28,812 nucleotides of DNA, from the IMG/VR virus record IMGVR_UViG_3300005512_000240, positions 1-28,812 of that record. The stretch is one strand, 5' to 3'. Origin of the DNA: a virus (taxonomy: Duplodnaviria; Caudoviricetes). The first letter of the stretch is position 1; each line of letters begins with the position of its first letter. Under the pieces are notes generated by a model. The model did no database searches. It was not told the DNA's origin and saw only the letters and a list, made by a program, of their open reading frames with translations. The translations under genes were made by a program, and so were the position numbers. This document shows, piece after piece, positions 16,756-25,748 of the stretch.

Positions 16756-16778
16756 ACTAGAAAATATGTGTATTTAAA

Positions 16779-17570
16779 GTGTCAGATACGCGCGTAACAA
16801 TCAATGGACTGAGGCACTACATTTGCGATGGAGTACCCAAGCCTCTTCCTTCAGTAACTTCGATACTCACAGCAACACAATCAGAAGAGCAACAGCGAAA
16901 ACTAGCTCGCTGGAATGATCTAAATCCAGGCGCATCAGCAACTGCAGCCGAACGAGGAACCTGGATCCACAACTCAGTCGAAAACCACATTCGAGGTCTC
17001 AGAGTTGTGCCTCCGAATCAATACCTCCCATTTTGGGAGGGAGTGCCAGAGTGCCTGGATGAGCTGCTCGACGGCGGTCGAGTGCTCTGGTCGGAACGTC
17101 CATTCAATCAGCCACGGTGGTCAAAGTACGTCGGCGATGATGGCGTAGGAAGGATCTACTACTACGACTCGAATACTGGTCACGGCTACGCAGGATGCTG
17201 TGACCTGATCTACATGGATAAAAATGCTGAGATTGTTCTAGCTGACTTTAAAACTTCTAACGGACCCTACGCGGCGAGGTTTCCGAAAAAAGATGCGCCC
17301 ATCGATGATAAAACTCGCAAAGCTTTGATCTCAGGCGCGTTTAAAACAAAGAAAACTAGGCTTCAACTTGCGGCTTATAAATTAGCGGCAGAGGCTTGTT
17401 TAGGAATCAAGATCGGAAAAACACAGATCTTAGTAACCACGGCGGTCGAGAACTTTAGTACTCAAGTTTTTACTTTTGGAGAAAACGAAATTCTTAAAGA
17501 TGAAGCAGCGTGGCTGGCTCTTGTGCGAAAATACTATGACGAGCAGAACGCTCCTGTTAAGAGCAAGTAA
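16779..17570 (+). CDS. PD-(D/E)XK superfamily exonuclease
   Basis: LPSVTSIL, RGTWIH, SE, YAGCCD, DFKTS, QLAAY. Confidence 0.9.
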   Translation: MSDTRVTINGLRHYICDGVPKPLPSVTSILTATQSEEQQRKLARWNDLNPGASATAAERGTWIHNSVENHIRGLRVVPPNQYLPFWEGVPECLDELLDGGRVLWSERPFNQPRWSKYVGDDGVGRIYYYDSNTGHGYAGCCDLIYMDKNAEIVLADFKTSNGPYAARFPKKDAPIDDKTRKALISGAFKTKKTRLQLAAYKLAAEACLGIKIGKTQILVTTAVENFSTQVFTFGENEILKDEAAWLALVRKYYDEQNAPVKSK

Positions 17571-17647
17571 AGAAATATTCTCTTAACATTTTTGACCTTG
17601 GCGGTCTTGGGTTATCAACCCATAATAGAAGTCACTCTGCGAGTCCC

Positions 17648-20407
17648 ATGAAGTTTGTCTGCTCCATCAACTCAGTAGTCGCAGAGCACGTCGATAGCAA
17701 GACAGGTAAGATTGGAGCCAAGGGTAACTTCACTGCGTTTAACCAGAATTGGGAAGCGCTTGAACTTGGCGTGGAGGAGCTTGCTGAGTTTGCTGCGTTG
17801 AAGTGTGGCTTGTGCGCCTGGCACTTGGTTGACGGTAAAAGAGTTAGCAATAATACAGGACTGATTAAGGCTGGGCTTATTATTATCGACATCGATAATC
17901 AAGCCGATGGCAAAGATGAGCACGGAAACAAAATTCAAAAGCAAGAGCTTACATTTGCTGAAGCACTTGAACTCGATATATGCAAAAAATATCTCAGCTT
18001 TGCTTATGCTTCACCTAGTTCAACCCCAAGCTGGCCACGGTTTCGATTAGTCTTTGGTCTCGAAAAAGAAATCATTGACGGAGATTTTTACCAATGGTTA
18101 ACCCGTCAGATTTGTAAATCCATACCAGGCTCGGACATTCGAGCGACGCAGTGTCCCAACCTGTTTTACGGAACGACAAGCCCAGAAGGGATTCTGCTGA
18201 AGACCGACAAATTTATACCCGCCAACAAAGTCGACGAGGCATACAAGGCGTATCTCGCAGAACCGAAAACAAAAAAGGGGGAAGTCGGTGATCCCGAAGA
18301 AATTTTAAAGTCCCTGACTGTCGAGCCAAACGGACTGGACCTCGTGCGCCTTTGCGCCAGGACAGTCAAATCCGTGCTTGACGGCGATCCAGTTGATGAC
18401 CGTAGCGCGACGATGGCTACGGTTCTGAAGGAACTGCTGGGCTGGACGAACTGGCTTAACAAGCATAGTTTAACATCAAGTGTCTCAGCCTTGACAGTTG
18501 CACATGATGCGTTCTATGCTATCTACAGTTACCCACATGACCTTGATGGCAAATTTGATCGCATCCTGAATTCGATTCGGGATCCGGAGGAGGTGCTGCC
18601 AGCTATCGCCCTTGCATCCGAAAACGGAGAAGCGACATGTTGGAAAAAAGTTTCGACCCAAAACTACGAGCTATTCGACAAGAAAGCTCCAGAAGAAGAC
18701 AAGAAAGCTTTGCAGAAAAACAAAGCAAATCAAAAAAACAGCATCCTATCATTCGACTCTTTTGAGTTAGAAACAACATCAAAACCAAAATCAAAACCAA
18801 CATCAAACCAAGAACCTGAAGTGCGAACACCCGAAACACCCACGCAGCTGATCAACTTGCAAGAAAATGGCGGCGGTCAAAACCGTCAGTTCTCAGAAAA
18901 TGACGTTGCTGACATTATCGTCAACAACCAAGGCAAAGACTTCGTCTACGACAGCAACACCGATCAGTTCTTTACCTATGACAACGATCAAGGAATTTGG
19001 TACGTACAGGACGAGCAGCACATTAAACGGCGCATCGTTAAAGCACTGGACTCATTAGTCCAAGCTGGCGTAATGCCTAAGTACAACTCTGCCAACGTCA
19101 ATAGCGTCTACCTGATCCTCAAAGCCAAGCTGCTGAAGTCTTTGGACGGGGGTCGCCGCAGTATCTGGTCGACTGGTCGGAAATATATTCCATTCGCGAA
19201 TGGCGTATTGGACTCCGAAACCTTCGAGTTCAAGTCAGGAAATCATAAAGATTTGTATTTGCGCAGTCGTCTGTCGTACGACTATGACACGGATGCGAAA
19301 TGCCCTGAGTTTTTGAAGTGGCTCGACAAGTCGCTGCACAAGAACCAAAGCATTCTGATCCAAGCGTTCTGCCGTGCGTTGCTGACTGGATACACCGCTG
19401 GCGAGCGATTCCTACACCTTGTGGGTCCCGGCGGCACGGGCAAGTCCACGATGCAGCAGCTCATGATTGCGTTGGCTGGCTTCAACGCAGCGCACACGTC
19501 GAGCTTGGAGATCATCGAGACCAACAAGTTTGAAACTTATAACTTGATGGGCAAGCGACTGCTGCTGCTCACCGACGAATCGAACTACAACAAGCGGATG
19601 GACGTGCTCAAGAAGCTGACATCTGCATCCGATACTCTTCGCGCTGAGCGTAAGTACGGCAAGGAAATCATCAGTTTCAAACCTGAGCTGCTGGTCTGCA
19701 TCGCCAGCAACGAGCACATCACGTCGAACGACACCACGAGCGGTCTGGAGAGGCGCCGACTCACCATCATCATGGACAAGGTTGTGCCGCCTAGTGAGCG
19801 TAAACAGCTACTGGATGTTTATGAGGACCGCATTGAAGGTGCTCTGGTGCCCGAGATGAGCGGCATTGTGACCTGGGCGCTCAGCATGCCCTACGACAAA
19901 ATGCGCGACATACTGGCCAATCCAGTGAAGCACGTCCCTTCGATCTCTGCGACCAATATCGAAGCTCTTGTTTTCAACAATCAGTTCGTCAGCTGGATGA
20001 GCGAATGCTGCCTCTATGCTCCGAATACTGCCACGAAGATCGGTCGCGGCGCATCGAAGCCGTCAGCAGATGAGGCTGAGCGTGGTCTGTACGTTAAAGA
20101 TGCGTACAAAGAACTATACGCAAGCTACGTCAACTTCTGCAAAGCATGTGGATACAAAGCTGCAGCCAAGCCCAGATTTACTGAGCGCACTAAGGAAGCG
20201 CTGATTAACATCCTCAAACTGCCAGGCTGCAAGCTGACAATTAAAGAAGGAATTCCAGCGGTTCAGGGTTTGCGACTCAAGGCTTATGATCTAACATCAG
20301 ATCGTGCTTCACTCGGTCAAGATCGACTTCCAACACCAGTCGAATTTGCTCAAGACCCCGACGTTACAAAGTGGGAAACCGCTTTTAAAAAACATGACCC
20401 CGCCTAA
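17648..20407 (+). CDS. primase-helicase (AEP/PrimPol-like N-terminus plus D5/P4-type SF3 helicase)
   Basis: IIIDIDN and SPSS....PRFRLVF in the N-terminus; IPFANGVLD D5_N-like segment; Walker A GPGGTGKS, LLLTDE, ERKY, ASN, RR. Confidence 0.9.
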   Translation: MKFVCSINSVVAEHVDSKTGKIGAKGNFTAFNQNWEALELGVEELAEFAALKCGLCAWHLVDGKRVSNNTGLIKAGLIIIDIDNQADGKDEHGNKIQKQELTFAEALELDICKKYLSFAYASPSSTPSWPRFRLVFGLEKEIIDGDFYQWLTRQICKSIPGSDIRATQCPNLFYGTTSPEGILLKTDKFIPANKVDEAYKAYLAEPKTKKGEVGDPEEILKSLTVEPNGLDLVRLCARTVKSVLDGDPVDDRSATMATVLKELLGWTNWLNKHSLTSSVSALTVAHDAFYAIYSYPHDLDGKFDRILNSIRDPEEVLPAIALASENGEATCWKKVSTQNYELFDKKAPEEDKKALQKNKANQKNSILSFDSFELETTSKPKSKPTSNQEPEVRTPETPTQLINLQENGGGQNRQFSENDVADIIVNNQGKDFVYDSNTDQFFTYDNDQGIWYVQDEQHIKRRIVKALDSLVQAGVMPKYNSANVNSVYLILKAKLLKSLDGGRRSIWSTGRKYIPFANGVLDSETFEFKSGNHKDLYLRSRLSYDYDTDAKCPEFLKWLDKSLHKNQSILIQAFCRALLTGYTAGERFLHLVGPGGTGKSTMQQLMIALAGFNAAHTSSLEIIETNKFETYNLMGKRLLLLTDESNYNKRMDVLKKLTSASDTLRAERKYGKEIISFKPELLVCIASNEHITSNDTTSGLERRRLTIIMDKVVPPSERKQLLDVYEDRIEGALVPEMSGIVTWALSMPYDKMRDILANPVKHVPSISATNIEALVFNNQFVSWMSECCLYAPNTATKIGRGASKPSADEAERGLYVKDAYKELYASYVNFCKACGYKAAAKPRFTERTKEALINILKLPGCKLTIKEGIPAVQGLRLKAYDLTSDRASLGQDRLPTPVEFAQDPDVTKWETAFKKHDPA

Positions 20408-20951
20408 AATCAAACCTGTTCAGATCGTAGTCGGCCTAGGCGCTGCTGTAGGCATCATGACAGCCGTGCAGGCCCCTGCATATGCCAGCGGCTCACTTGC
20501 CTTCATTGGCGGCCTGTTTGGAGGGGCTGCGATGGCTTCGAACTCGGAGCGCGAGAAGATCCAGAGTCGCGAGCGAGCCACGCGGGTTGCCTCGTGTTTC
20601 AGCACTCTGTACGAGAAGAATAATGGGGTCATCGACCCGATCGAGCTCTCGTTCTTGTCCAATATTCCTGTACAGGAATCGCACGATTTTCTCTCCACGA
20701 TTGCCGAGGCCAACGGCGGCCAGAAAATCTCTGTGAAAGATGGGGTGGGCGTTTTGTTTAGCTACCCACACACGGCCAACGCCCTTGATACTCTGTCAAA
20801 GAACGCAGCAGCCTGGGCAGAAGCGCAGACTCAACAGCTCCAAGGTGAGCTTCAGCAGCATAAACAAGCGATCCAGCTGATGCAGGCACAACAAGCAGCA
20901 GCTAAGATTCAGCAAAACTCCAGCCCTTGGAATTCTTCGGAGCAACTCTGA
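20394..20951 (+). CDS. predicted membrane protein with Gln-rich coiled C-terminus
   Basis: Likely start ATG 20394 overlapping the primase end; two hydrophobic Gly/Ala-rich segments near the N-terminus. Confidence 0.7.
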   Translation: MTPPKIKPVQIVVGLGAAVGIMTAVQAPAYASGSLAFIGGLFGGAAMASNSEREKIQSRERATRVASCFSTLYEKNNGVIDPIELSFLSNIPVQESHDFLSTIAEANGGQKISVKDGVGVLFSYPHTANALDTLSKNAAAWAEAQTQQLQGELQQHKQAIQLMQAQQAAAKIQQNSSPWNSSEQL

Positions 20952-21184
20952 TGGACAACTTTAAAAAAATCTTGATTGAGGATTCGAGGTCTGTGGCTAA
21001 GCCATACAATGAGCAACGCTACGAACGTTTGTTAGAAAGCGTTTATGAGTACCTTGGATGCGAAGCGCCGGATTGTGGTTTGAGCTTTTTACTAAAGGAT
21101 CTGAGGAAAGCCTGCATCGATCTAAAACAGTACCACTCGGATCGTTTAGACGACTACAATAGTTTTATTGATTTGATTCAGTAG
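20951..21184 (+). CDS. hypothetical protein
   Basis: ATG 20951 in a TGATG overlap with the previous stop; 77 aa. Confidence 0.7.
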   Translation: MDNFKKILIEDSRSVAKPYNEQRYERLLESVYEYLGCEAPDCGLSFLLKDLRKACIDLKQYHSDRLDDYNSFIDLIQ

Positions 21185-21376
21185 TTGGGATATACACAGG
21201 ATATACCTTTAAAGGTTGAGATAACCGACGATGAAATGTACCGAGTCTGTTTGACTCTCGACGGTATCAGTGCAACAACTTACGTGAGCAGTATGCACTT
21301 GGTTGAGGATAAACGAAAGCAGCTTCTCTCCTCTATCAGGAAAAAAGCTGCTAACGTTTTTAGGCAGCGGGCTTGA
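21185..21376 (+). CDS. small cyanophage-type hypothetical protein
   Basis: VSSMHLVEDK motif recalls a cyanophage small-protein family; start uncertain (TTG). Confidence 0.6.
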   Translation: MGYTQDIPLKVEITDDEMYRVCLTLDGISATTYVSSMHLVEDKRKQLLSSIRKKAANVFRQRA

Positions 21377-21386
21377 TTAGGCCCGC
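21367..21386. terminator. hairpin at the strand-switch point (possible bidirectional terminator)
   Basis: GCGGGC-ttgattag-GCCCGC between convergent gene blocks; lacks a clear U-tract. Confidence 0.4.
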
Positions 21387-21404
21387 CTCTTCGAACTATT
21401 TACT

Positions 21405-22088
21405 CTAACGCAAATATTTCCAACCTGCGAGAGATTTGTCTTCGGATTCTGACAAAGCTTCGGAGATAACAGGAAGTTGTTCAACGAGTACGCGCCCGAT
21501 CGCCAGCGCAATTTGACGATGCTCTAGCTGAGTATCTGGTTGTCCACGCAGGCCGACATAGTGGACAAAGCTCCTGATCGTCCCCTGCATATGTAGACGT
21601 GTTGGCGTGTATAGTGGCAAAATATTTCGTGCACACTCCCGTGCCACGCCTGCGTCAAGCATGTCCTCATATAATTTTTTTGTGATGTCATTTAGATCAT
21701 AAATTCTCTTTCTAAATCCTTCGAGCAGTTCATATTGAAGCTCCATTGTCGAGCTCTGACGATTCTTTTCGGCCTGCTGCCGAAGAGAAAACTCGTGCGG
21801 TCGTACGTGAGAGTCTTGAAAGATTTCCCAGGGGTTTGTATACCTTTGTGACAATTCCTGAAAACTAAACGAGCGGTGACGTAATATCTGCGGACTGATC
21901 GCCCTCGTAGTCACAATTTCAAACGAAGCCGCTGCCTGCTCTAAAATCGACCAGTGACCGTGGTGAATACAATACGTTATAAGCTTTTTGTACTCTTCTC
22001 GATCGGGATTTGTTGTAGACACGCGAGCATGTCGAGCTATGACACGCTCGGCGTCAGGCGTGATCCAATCTAACTCAGCTGTATGCAC
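21405..22088 (-). CDS. thyX: flavin-dependent thymidylate synthase
   Basis: HGHWSILE, QILRHRSFSFQELSQRY (RHR-X7-S), ECARNILP, TQLEHR. Confidence 0.96.
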   Translation of the reverse strand: MHTAELDWITPDAERVIARHARVSTTNPDREEYKKLITYCIHHGHWSILEQAAASFEIVTTRAISPQILRHRSFSFQELSQRYTNPWEIFQDSHVRPHEFSLRQQAEKNRQSSTMELQYELLEGFRKRIYDLNDITKKLYEDMLDAGVARECARNILPLYTPTRLHMQGTIRSFVHYVGLRGQPDTQLEHRQIALAIGRVLVEQLPVISEALSESEDKSLAGWKYLR

Positions 22089-22225
22089 TAACTGCGGGGG
22101 AAAGTCTGCTGGTATCTTAGTCGTGCAGTCAACTCTTTAGGGTTCGAAACCAAGCGGCCAACCTCGTCAGGGCGCATCCCCATCCTTGCTCCTGCTAACC
22201 GAATCGGAAAATCGTTACTTGCCAT
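22088..22225 (-). CDS. 45-aa protein with PIRLAGARMG leader motif (not in ORF track)
   Basis: MASNDFPIRLAGARMGMRPDEVGRLVSNPKELTARLRYQQTFPRS; overlaps the upstream stop, and its TAG shares a base with the thyX GTG. Confidence 0.7.
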   Translation of the reverse strand: MASNDFPIRLAGARMGMRPDEVGRLVSNPKELTARLRYQQTFPRS

Positions 22226-22736
22226 TGCTCTTCTGCTGCGCAGCCTGCCTCATGAACAAGCTGTCGGGCATTTCATAATTCTGGATCGCCATCTTTGCTG
22301 CAGCGTCCTGGACGTTGTAGAAATTTTGTTGTGGTAGCACTGTCATCATTTGCATCTGAGCCCGCATATCTGGATTCATCGTGTTCTGTTCTTTCACAAG
22401 ATACTCAGCTTTATTAAGATCCGCAGGACGCATGGGCATCACCAAAGGATCCCGATGGTTGTAACCCGCAGGACCTGTAATTTGTTGCGAGGGCATTATA
22501 TTTCCCTCTTGGTAGTTAGTCGGTCCCACAGCGGCCCTAGCGTACTCGCCGTGATCCACCTGGTACTGGGAATACACTCGGTTAATATCATCAAGACCAG
22601 TCGAGCGTCGAACCTCGATGTTCGCGGGCGTGTTTGCGTATGTGCTGGCACTCATGGCGCCGAGACCACCAAGGGGCTTCAGCTTCGGAGTAGGTCCAAG
22701 GCCACCTGGGCGCTGGAGAAAGTTTTGATTTTCCAT
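22215..22736 (-). CDS. low-complexity Gln/Pro/Met-rich hypothetical protein
   Basis: 173-aa ORF with ATG start in the - strand gene run. Confidence 0.75.
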   Translation of the reverse strand: MENQNFLQRPGGLGPTPKLKPLGGLGAMSASTYANTPANIEVRRSTGLDDINRVYSQYQVDHGEYARAAVGPTNYQEGNIMPSQQITGPAGYNHRDPLVMPMRPADLNKAEYLVKEQNTMNPDMRAQMQMMTVLPQQNFYNVQDAAAKMAIQNYEMPDSLFMRQAAQQKSNGK

Positions 22737-22745
22737 GATTACAGT

Positions 22746-22988
22746 TTAACTTCTTTTAGGTTGTTTTTCGCGATTGGTCTTTTTATCGACCACGCGGAGG
22801 TTTTCAGAGCTGTTGTCTTCCGCGTTGTAGTTTTTATGATCAACTTCCTTCCCGTCTCCCTTGCGGACCCTGCCAGACTTTTCTAGGTGTCTACGGGCCT
22901 TGTTCCGCGCAGCCCTACGCTTTTTCTGGCGCTCAGTGCCGTGGTAATCATCGTATTCACTACGATAATCCCTATTTCTTTGCGCCAT
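22746..22988 (-). CDS. small basic HNH-like protein
   Basis: YHGT..QKKRRAARNKARR then DH...N...NLRVV....NR. Confidence 0.8.
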   Translation of the reverse strand: MAQRNRDYRSEYDDYHGTERQKKRRAARNKARRHLEKSGRVRKGDGKEVDHKNYNAEDNSSENLRVVDKKTNREKQPKRS

Positions 22989-23007
22989 ATCTATAAACTA
23001 TTTCTTA

Positions 23008-23217
23008 TTATTTTAGACCCCAAAGGACGTCTTCAATCGAAAGACCTAATTGCGAAACCTGAGCGCGAGCAGCCTTTGCTACATCGGCTTTGAATCGGTC
23101 CCAGAGCCCCGTATAAAGTCCATTGGACCTCCCGTAAAACCTGTACAGGTATTCAATAAAATCGGCTTTAGCTTGCTCGTCGTCGCAGTTCCAATCCTTC
23201 AAATACTCAGTGTCCAT
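23008..23217 (-). CDS. small cyanophage-type hypothetical protein
   Basis: 69 aa, LYTGLW motif, TGATG coupling to the upstream gene. Confidence 0.75.
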   Translation of the reverse strand: MDTEYLKDWNCDDEQAKADFIEYLYRFYGRSNGLYTGLWDRFKADVAKAARAQVSQLGLSIEDVLWGLK

Positions 23218-23420
23218 CAGCGATTTCGCAGCGTGCTACCAAGAATATCCGAGTAAGCAGCCAAAAGCAACGTTTCTCGATAGGCCTGGTCTAGAGCCAT
23301 CTCGCGACTCGCTACCTCACCCACGATCGGCGCGTCAGGGTTGTCGAAAAAGCTAAAAGTGTGCTGCAGTGCACGAGTATCTGCACACTTAGCGACGTTC
23401 ATCCATTGTTCACGAGTCAT
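23217..23420 (-). CDS. hypothetical protein
   Basis: Likely ATG 23420, 9 nt after the endolysin stop; coupled to the next gene. Confidence 0.65.
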   Translation of the reverse strand: MTREQWMNVAKCADTRALQHTFSFFDNPDAPIVGEVASREMALDQAYRETLLLAAYSDILGSTLRNR

Positions 23421-23429
23421 ACTCAAGCC

Positions 23430-24668
23430 TTACCATTTAGTACTGAGCATAGCCCACCCAGTTCCTGGCCCCTCAACCATCCACCTTGGCTCAAGGTTTT
23501 TCTTTGAGTACTGGACGTACTTGCCGTAGGTCTTAGGGTACCCGCCACCAACAACATCGAGTTCTCCCCATGGGTCATGTATCCATAATCGTTCCCCATC
23601 TGCACTAATACCGACGCAGAGCACCCAATGGCCTCCTCCTGTCGGGGCGCTGACTGTACCTTGATGAAGAATGCCCAAGGGTACAGGGCAGCCAACGTCA
23701 AGCAACTCTTCGACGTCACTCCAATTGCAATTCTGGCGAAACTCCGCTTCGATCCCGTACCGCTCCAGCGCAGCCAGTTGCGTCCACGATTCGGTCGTAT
23801 CACCGATCGAGAAAACGGTTTTGACATAATCGTCATCGCCTTTGATCGCTCCTGGTTTTAACGCAGAAACGAGCATAGCGCAAGTACTGCTAAAACAAGT
23901 CCGATCAGCATCACGATAATTATCGCGCTGTGAGTAGTACGGAACTTCTAATTTAATTTCACTAGATTTGTTATAAGTATGTGCATCATCAGGCACATCA
24001 TTTATGATTTTCCAATGATCCGGCCAGATATACCAAATTTTTTGGTCGGCCAGTAGCTTGACAGCTTGATGCCGCTGCCCAGCGTACATCGTCAGCTCCG
24101 ACCACTCCCACGCGGAGCCCTTAGGCACAAACAGTTTTTCGTCAGGCGCGAGCAGGGTTGAATCAGCCATACGCTTCTTCAGCCAGGTGTCCTGCTTTGC
24201 GAGGATAGACTTGCTCAAGAGTGGATGTTTGACTTTCGCCAAGAATAATCGTTTTTCCTCTTCACGTCGACGTAAAAGACCTGGAATGGCCTCGCCATCC
24301 GCTCCCTTTACCCAGCGCTTAAATTCTTCTGCAATAACTTTGCGGTCTGTGCCCTCATTCAGCAATCTTAAAAGTGTTGAATTAATGAAAGCGGTCGTGC
24401 CGATGTTGTAAGTAAAACTTACAAGTGCGTCGTATTCATTTTGATTAAGTTTTACATTCACAAAACTGTTGACGCACTGCTCGAAAGACTCAATATCTTG
24501 CCACAGCAGTTGCTCAGCACGATCCTCAGAGATTTTTAAACCCGAGTAGACATCAGGCCCCGTATGCCCATAGCCGATCGTCCACACACCGGCAGGACAA
24601 ATGTAAGCAGTCAGCCTAAGACCTTCGAACTTTTTAATAAGTTCAAGTCCAGTTCTTGATAATTTCAC
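23430..24668 (-). CDS. modular endolysin: GH24 lysozyme, central domain, C39-like peptidase
   Basis: E15-X8-C24-X5-T30 with TIGYGHT, ALVSFTYNIG, GLLRRR; C-terminal VPYYSQ, TCFSS, GGHW, HDPWG. Confidence 0.92.
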   Translation of the reverse strand: MKLSRTGLELIKKFEGLRLTAYICPAGVWTIGYGHTGPDVYSGLKISEDRAEQLLWQDIESFEQCVNSFVNVKLNQNEYDALVSFTYNIGTTAFINSTLLRLLNEGTDRKVIAEEFKRWVKGADGEAIPGLLRRREEEKRLFLAKVKHPLLSKSILAKQDTWLKKRMADSTLLAPDEKLFVPKGSAWEWSELTMYAGQRHQAVKLLADQKIWYIWPDHWKIINDVPDDAHTYNKSSEIKLEVPYYSQRDNYRDADRTCFSSTCAMLVSALKPGAIKGDDDYVKTVFSIGDTTESWTQLAALERYGIEAEFRQNCNWSDVEELLDVGCPVPLGILHQGTVSAPTGGGHWVLCVGISADGERLWIHDPWGELDVVGGGYPKTYGKYVQYSKKNLEPRWMVEGPGTGWAMLSTKW

Positions 24669-24737
24669 GGGATATGTTGTCTCGTTCTTTTATTCTGTCT
24701 GACTTAAGAGTTAAACACAATTAACGATTAGTTATTC

Positions 24738-25136
24738 TTAAGCAACCGCGATCGTCACGCGATACTCAGACTCACTGCGACCAGTGCGGTCAACATAAAT
24801 TGAAGCAGTAGCGCCAGATGTTGCACTAAAAGTTGTGCTGGTGTCGGTACGACGGCTGATCTTGGGAGCCTCGATCTCACCTGCCACGGTGCCGTCAGCA
24901 GCAATCACGCGAACACCGCTGATGCCGAAAGCACCACCCTGCAAGGTCAAAGTTGCAGTGCCAGTCGAACCATAAGTGATGTTAAACACGTCAGCCAGCG
25001 GGTAAGACCCATCACCGGCATAAGCGCGGTAAGAACTAACCGTAACGTTGCTGCCATCATCAGTGCGGATCTGGCCGAAACGACTGATACCAGCAGGAGC
25101 AGCGCCTAACTCACGGTTAAAAGTTGCCTCAGCCAT
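24738..25136 (-). CDS. probable small beta-rich virion protein
   Basis: 132 aa rich in G/S/T/A with alternating beta-strand patterns; function inferred. Confidence 0.65.
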   Translation of the reverse strand: MAEATFNRELGAAPAGISRFGQIRTDDGSNVTVSSYRAYAGDGSYPLADVFNITYGSTGTATLTLQGGAFGISGVRVIAADGTVAGEIEAPKISRRTDTSTTFSATSGATASIYVDRTGRSESEYRVTIAVA

Positions 25137-25209
25137 TACTGAAATTACTCATTGTTTTAATTCTAGCCTAAGACGTTTTTCCTAGGATATACACAGACAT
25201 CAAAACCAA

Positions 25210-25563
25210 ATGGAATCAAACGATTACAACAGAGTTAACGCACTCGTATATGAAGTTATTCTTTTCTTGCAGAACTTTTTTAAATTTTTTCGAGTAAACC
25301 CAATTATTAAACAAATATTAGAAAACTGCAGGCCCGATTGGGTAGAGTTTCGGACTCGAATTGTGCTTGCTGAAATTGACGAGCAGGTCGAGCAGATCCA
25401 CAAGGCGTGGGAACTGGAAGAAGCTGAGCAACAGAAGCCGATCTACAGCGAGGAGCCAGCTGACGACTCCGAAGCGCAGCGTCTACTTGGTGGGCCAATG
25501 AGACTTAGCGCACCTTGGACTTCTTATAACTCTGACTCTTCTTCTTCGCAGAAGAAGCTTTAG
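25210..25563 (+). CDS. hypothetical protein (LLGGPMRLSAPW motif)
   Basis: ATG start, TAGGAT hexamer 21 nt upstream; C-terminal motif recalls cyanophage proteins. Confidence 0.7.
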   Translation: MESNDYNRVNALVYEVILFLQNFFKFFRVNPIIKQILENCRPDWVEFRTRIVLAEIDEQVEQIHKAWELEEAEQQKPIYSEEPADDSEAQRLLGGPMRLSAPWTSYNSDSSSSQKKL

Positions 25564-25660
25564 GAACACAATTAGGAACTTCCTTTCCGTCTTTTTTCTT
25601 CATACCGACCATCTGGTATCCGGACCAACAAGGATCCTCGCCTTTCAATTTTTCAGCCAT
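25505..25660 (-). CDS. 51-aa basic protein with CW.GY...GMKKK.GKEVPNCVP motif (not in ORF track)
   Basis: MAEKLKGEDPCWSGYQMVGMKKKDGKEVPNCVPKASSAKKKSQSYKKSKVR; motif familiar from cyanophage proteins. Confidence 0.75.
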   Translation of the reverse strand: MAEKLKGEDPCWSGYQMVGMKKKDGKEVPNCVPKASSAKKKSQSYKKSKVR

Positions 25661-25748
25661 GGTGCGATTCCTTATGTTTCTCCAAAATATGTGGCACGGG
25701 GACGCAAATTAGACGTATGATTATATTGTACCCGGTAAATTTAGAACC

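Noticed and set aside
16779-17570. Cas4 call for the PD-(D/E)XK nuclease
   Set aside because: No C-terminal Fe-S cysteine cluster and no CRISPR/cas context; a generic phage exonuclease fits better
22138-22154. GGTTCGAAACC, resembling a tRNA T-loop
   Set aside because: Only 2 bp of T-stem can form and there is no cloverleaf; the region is better explained by the 45-aa - strand ORF
24738-25136. AAPAGISRFG near the N-terminus as a fifth copy of the AG-x-RFG leader
   Set aside because: One extra residue and Pro in place of the hydrophobic position; cannot be distinguished from chance in a Gly/Ala-rich protein
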